Source: Utricularia gibba
Lineage: Eukaryota > Plantae > Magnoliophyta
Length of the DNA: 64,000 bases
Direction of reading: 5' to 3'
Assembly (NCBI GenBank): GCA_002189035.1
Contig: NEEC01000002.1
Coordinates: 4,960,001 to 5,024,000, forward strand
The position numbers and the translations under genes are program-made. Below, one piece after another: positions 53,801-64,000 of the stretch. The number at the start of each line of letters is the position of its first letter. Within the stretch, counting starts at the first letter, position 1. The notes under the pieces are model-generated. The model was given only the letters and a program-made list of their open reading frames with translations. It was not told where the DNA came from and ran no database searches.

Positions 53801-55153
53801 TTACTCGTCCTGACATCTCCTTTGTGGTACAGCAACTATCCCAATTAGTTCATAACCCAAGTGTTGAGCATTGTATCATGCTCAAGGGCCTAATTAGTTA
53901 CCTGTTCACTACTTCTATGTTTGGTCTCTTCTACCTGTATGGTTCCAACTCTAAGCTCCAAGACTACTGTGACATCGATTGGGGTGCATGTGCCACCACT
54001 CGGTGCTCAGTCACTCACTACTGTGTTTTTCTTGGTGATCTTTTAATTTTTTGGTGAAAAAAAAATAGGCCACCATCTCTCGTTCGTCTGTGAAAGCTGA
54101 GTATCACAGCATGGTTGCTTTGATTGCTGAGCTTCTATGGGTCTCTTATGTTATGAGGGATCTTCGTTAGCCACTCTATCTCCCTCCTTCTCTATTCTGT
54201 GACAGTCAATCTACTATCCAAACTACTGCTAGTTGGTGTTCCATGAATGCACGAAACATATTGACATCGACTATCACGTGGTGCGTGATCAATTTAAGCT
54301 GGGATTCTTGATTCCTTGTTTTGTGCCGTCTACTTGTCAACTTGTTTATATCTTTACCAAGACACTGGTTTCCTCCCCTTTCAGTCTCTTGTCTCCAAGC
54401 TGGACTTGCACCTCGCCAACTAGCTTGAGGGGAGGGGGGGGGGGTGAAGAAGATGGACGCTGCCAACATATGCTTACAGATGGATGCTGCAAACCTCTTG
54501 TAACTCATGCATTAATGGCGTGCTCAGGATCATGTGCTTGGCATGATCCCTGAAGGTTCCAGAAGTTGGGATATTTTACTTCACCGCTCCCTTAGTCGTT
54601 ACTTATAAATACTCAAGTCTTTTTGCTTTCTCTTTATTAGACAATTCTGGTTTTATTATCAAGTTTTCTTTTCATTCTTGTGATGCTCAACATCAATCAG
54701 CTCAACTCAACCCAAAGCATATTCCGATCCATTAGAGCACCACTCTTGAATTCGTTTAGTCACCACAAAGGGTCCCCCAAAGCCTTCATTGTTAAGGAGA
54801 GCGAAGTTTTTCAAGGTATGAAGGCAACCCAAATGGAGGCTTAAATATGATACCTATATGTAGAGTTTGAAATATACAATCTTGATGGATTCTGTGAGGA
54901 AAATATGAGGATTCTTGTCACAGGAGGAGCAAGGTTCATTGGCTCTCACTCAGTTGATAAATTGATGGAAAATGAGAAAAATAAAGTAAACATATTTTTC
55001 ATCAATATTCTTAAACATGAAGCTTTGTGTGGGTGACTTTGTAATCATGTCATTCTTCTTAGGTGGTAGTTTCAACAATTATTTCACTAGCTTCAAGGAA
55101 AACCTACTACAATGGATTGGTCATTCAATATTTGAACTCATTCGATGTGATGT
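50806..55153 (+). pseudogene. UXS: Cytosolic-type UDP-glucuronic acid decarboxylase (UXS) pseudogene, interrupted by a Copia element and 3'-truncated
   Basis: Removing the insert gives MVEEVPNVGNHVTTKGPPKPSLLRRAKFFK | ENMRILVTGGARFIGSHSVDKLMENEKNK | ...NNYFTSFKENLLQWIGHSIFELIRCD, with GT-AG introns. No further exons found. Confidence 0.85.
50844..54758 (+). mobile_element. Old Ty1/Copia LTR retrotransposon, degenerate and internally deleted
   Basis: LTRs 50844-51119 and 54445-54758, perfect TSD GTCAC, decayed PBS tggtacgatgagc, PPT TTGAGGGGAGG(G)n. Fragments of gag, protease (WILDSGATTH), integrase, RT (DVNNAFLHG, YVDDI) and RNase H. Confidence 0.92.
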
Positions 55154-55559
55154 ATGTTCAATTTTATTCTGTACTAGTGATACATCAGTATCTTTATTTT
55201 CTATCAAATATAATGTTGACGTGAGGCAAAATCCTAGTTCCCTTTCAACGTGTTTGTTCTTATAAGCACAGTGAGAATATTCAATTTTATATATGTTTGT
55301 TGTCAATATACGTAAGTGTGGTTTTCTCAAATAATTTTAGTTTATCGGATTTTGTATCAATTCATATGAAAACTTTGATTAAGTTAAATCTACATTGCTA
55401 TGTTTTCAACTAGTTTCTTGAACAGTTCACCATATAACTTGAGAGTTTGTACTCAAGAGGCAATACTGTCATGCAAATTATTTAATAATAGAGAATGCCA
55501 TAAACATTGAGATCATTTTGCACATGCATTCCAAAAAAACCATGCCAAATTCATGTATC

Positions 55560-57560
55560 TATAGAGGCTATCGCTTCTAACATAAGTGTCAGTTTGTGAT
55601 GATCTCCACGCTTAAATTGACTCTACCATGCAATTAGACAATTTTTCCATTCCCAATGTATATAATCTACAATACCAAGTATTCCTAGAAAACTCCCGAG
55701 ATTCCCCTCAAGCAAGCAAACATTCCAAGTCTTCAATCATGGGGCTCTCAAGTATTGTTTTGAAAAACAAATACGAATAGCAATGAAAAAAAGACAAATA
55801 CATTAGATAACTGTTGTCCAATTGAATATATTCATCTATACTATCAGCACAAGAATCAAAAGCTAACATACGTATAGTAGCCATGCACTTTTGCATACGG
55901 CTCAGTACTGGATGACCAATGCAATCCACATTTTCTTGAAAAAATGACTCCTGACTTTAGAGAGTCTCAACTATTCTTTCAAATAAAGATCTTTCCATTC
56001 GAAATCTTTTATGAAATTGTTCATCTATGTAAGTTACGTCATTGCAAAAATAATCAGCCACTAATTTTTCATAGTTGTGCTCCACACTTTGGCATGGTCA
56101 TCACTATCTTGAGGTTTTTTGTTGTTTTGCATGTGTTTTGTTGTAGATGAAATCAAATCCCTGTAAAATAATTGGTGCATAATCTACATAATCTTCTATA
56201 AAAAACTTTATTACATGATTTTTATAAAATTCTATCTAGGTTTTTAAACATACAACATTTTCAGTTACCCCTTTTATTTTTATCTACTACTTTTTAATTT
56301 TATTCACCATTTCATTTTTTACTTACCATTTTTTAATTTTATCTGCTACTTTTATTTTTTATTTATCACTTTTTAATTTTATCTACCACTTTTACTTTCA
56401 TCTACCACCATTTAATTTTACCTACCGCTTGTATTTTTATCTAACAATATAAGTTGTACCTACCATTTTCATATTCACATAAACAAATTATTTGCAACTA
56501 TAACTTTCATTTGAACCTACCAATGTTTACAAAAATAAAATGACATAAATAGATCGAAATGGATTCAAATATCAATAAAGTCAAGTAATACATGAACTTC
56601 AAAATAGACAAAATATAATTAAAAAAATCATTCCAAGTTCGAAAGATTATCAATTTATTTCGAAAGATTAACACATGCATCCGAATCAACCAAATATAGT
56701 TAAGCTCTTAATCTTTGTAAGACCATGAAATGTTATTTCATACATTTCTTTTTTTGAGGTTCATCTTATTTGCATTATTCTGAAACATCTTCAAACAGAG
56801 ATATGTAAAATATAATTGATTATAGATATCCATCAACTCTTTTTTTTTATGAAGCTCACGATGTAAGTTGTTGACAACATTCTTGTATTCTACAAATGAT
56901 TTCTTATTGTTAGCATTAGTAGAATCTATCAATTGTTTCTCTTGTAATTTATGCTTTATAACCTTCTATCAAATAGGTGTCTCTTCTTTTAGAACACTCG
57001 GAGAATAAGGCAAAGATGCAATATGTTGCTTATTAGATCCAATTTTCAAGTTCTCCTTCAAACATTTTCTAGTGGCATGATTTGTTACCTTGCAAAAAAA
57101 CATATATTTATATGTGATAGAAGTTGATATCAACAAAACAATGAAAGTATACGTACCAACATTCATTTTGGTTCAAAATGCAAAACTTCCCAACACTTAA
57201 TATCAAATTTTTTTTTCTTCACTTTTGAATAACTCTAAAGCTTAGTGCTTGAAATTGTATTCATTGTAACTCTTTTCTTCTTTTGACATTAGTTTATCCA
57301 TACAACCTCCAAATTTGCTACAATTATGATTTAAAGTATCTCACTTGTGCATTATTATATCCATGCTTCAAGGAACGACATATGGAGCTTCATGGAAAGT
57401 AATCTAAAACCTTCTTCCAAAAGCTATTTTCTTTTTACGAAGTTCCATATATTGAATTCTTACTAACATTTATCCAACCTAAAACAAGAATCAATTTATC
57501 TTCATTACATTATCTCTGAGATTGTAATCTTCTAGTGGTCATTTTCTAACAAAAGAATTC
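55560..57560 (-). pseudogene. Eroded Harbinger-like element: plant transposon protein fragment plus Myb/NAM-associated ORF fragment
   Basis: D..GHPVLSRMQKCMATIRMLAFDSCADSIDEY (55708-55929) and WINVSKNSIYGTS*KENSFWKK (~57400-57480). Confidence 0.65.
56255..56470. repeat. Degenerate ~20-bp minisatellite (ttttaattttatctaccact)
   Basis: About 9-10 imperfect copies, visible directly. Confidence 0.65.
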
Positions 57561-60500
57561 AATTAAAACGTTATGAATATATAAAACACAAAAACAAGAA
57601 TAAAATGTAGCAAATGATAAATAATAATCCAACAACCTACTATACTAGAATTATTAATATATTAACATTCAAAAAAATAAACTAGACAAAAAAAGCAATG
57701 AAACCAAGGTTAAAGCAGTTAAAACAAGAAAAAATCATAGAAAAAACTAGAAAAATTCACATAATAGAGAAAGAGCATTAATCATCAAAAATCATTTCTA
57801 TTTGAGAGCAAAAATAATAAATCTAATGAAGAACATAGAAAAAAACCTAAGGTTCAAAAACCATAAAATAGATCTAAAGAAACTAAACAACAAAAAGAAT
57901 GGAAAATGACCAGAGAAGAAATAAAATGCACTTGGAAAGAGTTTGGAGACACTCATGAGGAGAATCTAGAGAAGTAGGAGACATAAGGAGAATCCAAAGG
58001 AATTTGGATGAAGAAAAAGTAGGTCGCATATTCTTTGTGGCTTTTTTATGGAAATGAGGCTTCCTCCTTCCTATTTCCACACAGTCAACTTTTCCCAAAA
58101 TAATAATTTTCGTAACATTAATAATGTTGGAGATTAACCTCAATTCAAAGCTTGAAGGTGATTGGAAGTGCTAATTTTGTGTCATGAAGTCATGTTCTAG
58201 TTAAAAAAAGTGTTGAGTTTGAGTTGTTAGGCTTTTTATGTGTGTTTCTATTGATTGTAACTCATTATTGGGTAATCTAGGTATTGAGTATATATACCCT
58301 ACTAGGAACTCGTGTGATTTAGGTTTTCGGTTATTCTTATTGTTCATGAGTCGTTTTTCATACAAGGTGATCTCATAAGAATTATCCCTTTGTTTCTTTC
58401 CAAGTCTCTATCTTTCTTGTATCAAGAAATAAGGGTTTTTGGAAATTCACGTCAGTATTTCGGAAACCCTTAAAGATGCCCTTGGCTATAGCAAGCCATT
58501 GAACTCCACCAAATCACATGAAAGATCTCACCTTCTCACGTTAAACCAAAGGGGATAGATGCCACAACAACTCTAATGTTGTATCTAAATGAGTCATATT
58601 TATGGTATTATTAGTGTTAGGATGAGAAACTAGGTGAATTAAAATAGCTAAAAACATCAAAATTACTGTTAGTTAATTTATTATGAGTAAAAACTTATTT
58701 TGGGTCTATTTCATTATGATTTGCCAATTGAGGTGAACTTAATGTTCATCCAGGCTCAGAAATGGTCAGCCCATATGGATTGGGCCACATATTCTAATCA
58801 TTGTATCCAGTAATTATTAATCCAAGAATAAAATGGGAATTACTCTATATGCGCAAAGAGATAAAACTTACCCGCTGGGAACAGGGAGCAAGAAGCACTT
58901 GCCACCCCAAGGCACGAAACAAGGGATAGGCACAATGAAGTAGAGAGAGAAGGGAGATTGTTGATGTTAGAAGACAATTTTCTAGTGAGTTTGAGCAATT
59001 TTCAAGGAAGAAACGAAGGAAGAACAATTCTAACATGATAATGGAACTTACCTCCAATGCCCAAAACTCTAAAGAAATAGAGACTGTCTATTAAGAAGAA
59101 GACAATAAAAGCCAATATAGAGTGACACTTGAACCCTCCTATCAAACCTCCTAGAAAATAAAATGATATTATATAAATATAATCATTTAAGTATATGTTT
59201 AATTTATAATGAAACATAAGATGAAATTTTATTTAATTAATATTTGAAAATGCGGAAAGAATTTGATTTTTAAATTATATATTTGATTGAAAATATTTAA
59301 GGGAGATGGAATCAAAATATTTTATTAAAAATATGAAAGAAATATTTCAAAATAAAACATGTATTAAAACAATAATTTCATTAGAACACAAAAATAAAGA
59401 AAATGTATTTCAACAAAACACAAATAAAACATATATTAAAACATTAATTTTAAAAAATTATTTTTTTATCTTTCTTCACCAATGAATCACACGCAATTGA
59501 CACATCTTACATGTGTATCATTGTGAGCCGTCGGATTCATCCGAACGGTGTTTTTTTTTTATCTCTTCTCAGTGCAACCATAGCAAATAGTAGGATACAA
59601 GTAGTACTATATTTTTCTTTTTGCAAAATAAAAAAATGCAAATAACATAATCCAAGTAAATGAATATGGTATGAATATCAATTATTAAAAGGAGTACAAG
59701 AATAATCATTCACCTTCATTGACTTGACTTGATTGTAACTTTAGATGACACATACTTCACAATTATCTCTCCAAATACAATTTAACAAGTTGATGAGCAA
59801 ATGTAGTTTAGTAGAATAATGAATTCAACATGCCTCCAGATCAATGGTGGACACAGGATTTTGTGAAGGGGCAGCAAAACTTGGAAGAGGGGAGCGAAAC
59901 TAGGAAGGGAGGGGCCAAAGTCAATCAAAATAGTTAAAATTTCCATAGCCAATCAACTTATCATGCATAGTCATAGAGGGAGTATCCTTAAACTTTGAAC
60001 AAAAAGTATTTTACTACTTGAAATAAGACATAATCAATATAAACAACAAAACAAACTTGTGTTTACAACACACATCCTGTGATATATTAATAGAAATCAG
60101 ATTGTCCATAAAATCAAGGAAGGCAAGTTTAACAATCACCTAATTGTGAAATTTGTATCATTCATCATTCATCATCCATCATCCATCTTAATAGTCAAAC
60201 CATGTTCATACCATCCTATTTTAATCATAAGACCAAATCTTTTATTGTAACTTCAATAATTTTGGAGTGAATTTCATTTATTCATGCGACATGGCAGGTC
60301 ACCAGAACTCATCTGATTATTTTGATGTTAACCAGCATTTTCGAGAAGTTGCATTTAAAAAATGTAGTTCCCCAACGTCCAGATGAACTACAGGCAAGCA
60401 TCAAAAGGATAGCGAGAGGAACAAGTTCTGTAGCTTCTCAAGTCACCCCATACAACGAAATGAGAAAGTATGGCATGGCAGGTTACCATTGAAATCAAGT

Positions 60501-60919
60501 GAAGCATTGCTCACATTGTTGAGTTGTTGACAAAATAGACACAAGCCATGGTCGCATCTGTAGCCATTACAGACGTGTAGAACTCATCTCAGCGTTTCAA
60601 AACCCAACATCGCAAGTACAAATACAGAGCTCGTCTTCTTATATATTCATTGACTCTGGGTTATTTCGACAACTTTTCCGTATCTAGAATCTACCCAAAT
60701 TACATACTGCTTGCATAACACAGTGAAACATCCAGGACTAAATCAACAAACGTTGCGGAGAAACGGACGGAGTAACCTAACATACTGGATCTCAGCAGAA
60801 CACTAGCAGTTTAAATTGCACACCCAGAAAGCTTGAAATCGGCGCAAATTCTTATGCAAATTTGCGACGGGGTAAAAAAAAAAAAAAAAATGCCATTGAA
60901 ATGAAATGATGAATAAACA

Positions 60920-61062
60920 GCATGTTCTTGAGCTTACTAGACCAGCTTCACAAGTAAATCTGCTGATCTGAAGAGCAAAAGTATCAATCACTATATGAGC
61001 AGATTAACGCCAAAATCCCAACTAGAGCAATTGAAGGGAAATGACCTGGAATACTGCTCAAA
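60920..61062 (-). ncRNA. Box H/ACA snoRNA candidate; 3' pocket fits 18S rRNA UUACU-PsiU-GAAGA (yeast Psi759 equivalent)
   Basis: Two hairpins: GAGCAG/CTGCTC lower stem, and AGATCAGC/GCTGGTCT upper stem in hairpin 2. ACA sits 3 nt from the predicted end; length 143 nt. Pocket arms TCTTC and AGTAA. H box imperfect (ATATAG). Confidence 0.7.
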
Positions 61063-61120
61063 GGCAACGTAAAAAATAATAACCACAAATTTACAGCCAC
61101 TGCAGCAGTTCAACAGGAAA

Positions 61121-61217
61121 GGGCTCTCAGGAATGTGCATACTTTACTCAAAGAAAATAGGCTCTTCTCGTACTTGAGCGGTGAAACAAGAAAAAGCTGC
61201 ATTCATCATCGACAACC
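61121..61217 (-). ncRNA. Box C/D snoRNA candidate, target uncertain
   Basis: C box ATGATGA (61209-61203), D box CTGA (61130-61127), possible short terminal stem GGGTT/AGCCC, located between two other snoRNA candidates. Confidence 0.6.
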
Positions 61218-61321
61218 CGAGGAAAAAGAAACACCCAATTCCCTGGATCTTCGAGGAATAATACCAAGATGAAAGCAGAAAAACCAAATCTTCGTGATAA
61301 AAAAAAAAAAAGAAAAAACTA

Positions 61322-61423
61322 GGGGATCAGTTTATGGGTGGTGATATAGCAGATTGGTCGGCATGGCACAAAAAATGCCGATACGACGAACGAGACCTAT
61401 CACAAAGAATCATCATAGCCCCC
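61322..61423 (-). ncRNA. Box C/D snoRNA; D-box guide for 18S rRNA U in CUAUGGGUGGUG (yeast Um1269 / human Um1326 equivalent)
   Basis: C box ATGATGA (61416-61410), D box CTGA (61330-61327), GGGG/CCCC terminal stem. An 11-nt antisense CACCACCCATA places U at the D+5 position. A second 13-nt antisense to 18S ACGAACGAGACCU lies at 61386-61398. Confidence 0.85.
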
Positions 61424-61533
61424 AACGGAAAACGACTCAACGAAAAAAGAAGAATACGACGACAATTCAATGGAGGAGAAGGAGAAGACTGGAAAGCCGT
61501 CTGGCTTGTGCTTGTGAGTGCCAGATTAAGGGC

Positions 61534-61541
61534 TAGGGTTT
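61534..61541 (-). promoter_or_regulatory. Telo-box (AAACCCTA) upstream of the snoRNA cluster
   Basis: Plus strand TAGGGTTT. It lies ~110 bp upstream of the first snoRNA and is followed by a pyrimidine-rich leader. Telo-boxes are typical of plant snoRNA and ribosome-biogenesis promoters. Confidence 0.6.
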
Positions 61542-62439
61542 TCGCGCGTATCTAAAAATTTTCAATTTGTTCTACCTTTTATCAAATTTATAATTAATTA
61601 AAAAAGAATCTAAAAAATATAATTTTAAATTGTGATAATATTACAAATAGATAGAAATAACAATAACATATGAAAAATCTGATTTATAATATAAGTCAAA
61701 AATTAAACTAATTTAATTTCACTATACGTCATTAATATGTTGATGATGTCTAGAGTTTAGCTCTGAAAGGTAAACATCATCACTAAAAACACCTACATTT
61801 AAGATGTCATTACTAGACATTTTCAATGATTTTCGGAAATTTGAAGTACCATGTCATTTTTACTATATTTTCAAAAATTCAATTACTAAATTTTTATTTT
61901 CTTTTCAATCAACTTCGTAAACAAATAATATTGATTTATTCACAATGGAAGTGGAAATTACATTCCTTGAAAATCCAAAAACAAAACTACACCCACACAA
62001 TGGATTCTAGAAATCTAATAAACGAAATGAAGTATCACGTAAACTTCCATAGAAATCATTGGAAATGCCCTAAGGTCATCCACATTGGTGTTCGTACAAT
62101 ATGGATTCCACATCATATTTGTTTTATTTTTTTTATAATTATTTTATATAATAATAATATTAAATAATAGACATCATTCTTCATTCCTGTCCACATTCCT
62201 ATATGTACAATGTTGTATATAATATTTATATTTATTAATTTTATACTAATTAACATAATTAATCAAATATAAAAATAATATTTATTTAAAATAGAAAAAA
62301 TTATTATTCAAACAATACATAATACAACAGATATAAAATTAACTAAACTTATTCCAAATATACTCAATCAAATCTGCTTTCAATTATCTGTGCAATTTGC
62401 TTCCTTGGATTTTACAACTCAAGCAAGATATGCTTCAAA

Positions 62440-63574
62440 AACATGAATATTTTGTCCTAATAAATCAAGTGACTCTTGTGTTATCTGATCATAGTCTTCA
62501 GTATCTGATTGAGTATCATGTCCTTCATCTTCAACAATCATATTGTGTAAAATTATAGCAGCATACATGATATTAACTAGAGTTTCATGATCCCATATGC
62601 GAGCAGGTGAATAAATAATTCCAAACTTTGCTTTTAATAGTCTAAAAGCTCGTTCTACATTCTTTCTTGCACTTTCTTGTCGAGTAGCAAAGAGCCTTGT
62701 TTTTGGATTCTATGGAAGAGTAATAGTTTTCATAAAAACAGGTCATTCAGGATAAATACCATCAGCTAAGTAATATCCAATATCATATTTTTTTCCGTTG
62801 ACCAAGAATTCAACTAGAGGGACCACACCTTGATGCAAGTCATCAAATAATATTGAATGAGATAATACATCAAGATCATTATTTGAACCTGGAGTATTAA
62901 AGAACGAATGTCATATCCACATATCATTTGAAGCAACTGCCTCTAATATGATAGTAGAAGACACATGTCTACGAGTATACTGTCCTTTTTCAAGCTACAA
63001 GACAATTTTTCCACTCTCAATGCATGCAATCTATACTTCCCAACATACCAAGGAACCCTATTTCTTCACCCCATGACATAAGTCTTTGAATGTCACTTGG
63101 ATTGGAGCATCTTATATATTCTGTCTCAATCACTGTATGAATTCCGGTTACAAAAGATCTTAAGCGCTTGAGGATAGTTGAGTCACCAATTCGAAGATAT
63201 TCATCACAAGCATATGTACCATATCTATATGCCATCATTCACATTGCAGCAGTACATTTTTGCATTGTTGTCAAGGAGACACGACCGGTTGCATCTAGTT
63301 TGTCTTGTAGATATAGAACTACTTCCACAAGATTGGACATAATACGCTCAAACAAACTACGATGTATTCTAAAACGTCGATGAAATATTTGATCATTGTA
63401 GGTGACATTGATGGAGAAATAGTCTTCCACTAGATGAGTGTTTCCAAACTCATGCCCACGATCAATGTATTCATGATTTCCTCTATTTCTTCGGGATTGA
63501 TCTGGCTCATCTTTGAATATATACTCAATAGTAGCTTTAATAGCATCAATAACTGCACTACTATGATGAGGCAT
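62440..63574 (-). pseudogene. Harbinger-like plant transposon protein (ALP1/HARBI1-related nuclease), degenerate
   Basis: FHRRFRIHRSLF...LTTMQKCTAAM; AYRYG...DEYLRIGDST; GMLGSIDCMH; TIILEAVAS; PGSNNDLDVL; YYLADGIYPE; QESARKNVERAF; AIILHNMIVEDE. Stops and frameshifts present. Confidence 0.88.
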
Positions 63575-63699
63575 AATGATTGAAAAATCCTCTCGATCAA
63601 AATGCTCATTTCAAAAAGAAACGTGCTTTTCATTATTGTGAGAATCCATTGAATTCAGGAATGAATTCATTATAAATGAAACAAGTTATATATAATGAG

Positions 63700-63985
63700 T
63701 GAGATGTAGTAGGTGTGGTAGATTGGTAGTTGTGAGATGTGGTTGGTGTGGTTGGTTGGTAGTTGTGAGACGTGATTGGTATGGTAGGTTGGTAGTTGAA
63801 AGGTGTGGTTGATGTGGTGGATTGGTAGTTGGAAGGTGTGGTTGGTCTGATGGATTGATAGTTGGAAGATGTGGTTGATGTGGTGGATTGGTAGTTGGAA
63901 GGTGCGGTTGGTCTGGTGGATTGATAGTTTGAAGATGTGGTTGGTGTGGTGGATTAGTAGTTTTAAGATGTGGTTTGTGTGATAG
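63700..63985. repeat. 33-bp G/T-rich minisatellite (gatgtggttggtgtggtggattggtagttggaa), ~8-9 copies
   Basis: Directly visible tandem periodicity upstream of the Harbinger ORF. Confidence 0.85.
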
Positions 63986-64000
63986 ATCCGTGGTTATGAA

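Noticed and set aside
58190-59200. Solo LTR(s)
   Set aside because: The composition is LTR-like, but no consistent TG...CA ends or TSD could be set.
60906-60970. Plus-strand C/D snoRNA (ATGATGA...CTGA)
   Set aside because: It is antisense to the better-supported minus-strand H/ACA and the telo-box direction, with no terminal stem or guide.
61334-61555. Plus-strand short ORFs (73 aa, 60 aa)
   Set aside because: No recognisable protein; they overlap the minus-strand snoRNA and its leader.

Overview
AT-rich flowering-plant nuclear DNA that is mostly nested transposons, with a few genes among them. There are two intact, spliced host genes on the minus strand: plastid aspartate carbamoyltransferase PYRB (5 exons, 18550-20122) and the PI3K regulatory kinase VPS15 (11 exons, 43067-49335). 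A UDP-xylose synthase (UXS) pseudogene is interrupted by a Copia insertion. A probably unannotated polycistronic snoRNA cluster lies on the minus strand (~60.2-61.55 kb): two C/D boxes and one H/ACA behind a telo-box. The transposons are PIF/Harbinger remnants, a hAT element with TIRs and an 8-bp TSD, a MULE remnant and MITE, four Copia elements and six solo-LTR-like pieces, most with readable TSDs. The most unusual structure is a repeated, unclassified element present twice in opposite orientations (~7.7-11.15 kb and ~13.1-15.9 kb). It carries a Transposase_28-like ORF plus an intron-containing FCP1/NIF-type HAD phosphatase gene, and is flanked by arrays of a shared palindrome (CAGGCACCGCA-n8..10-TGCGGTGCCTG). 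All coordinates, alignments and mismatch counts were done by eye. rRNA/tRNA target sequences and protein motifs are recalled, not searched.
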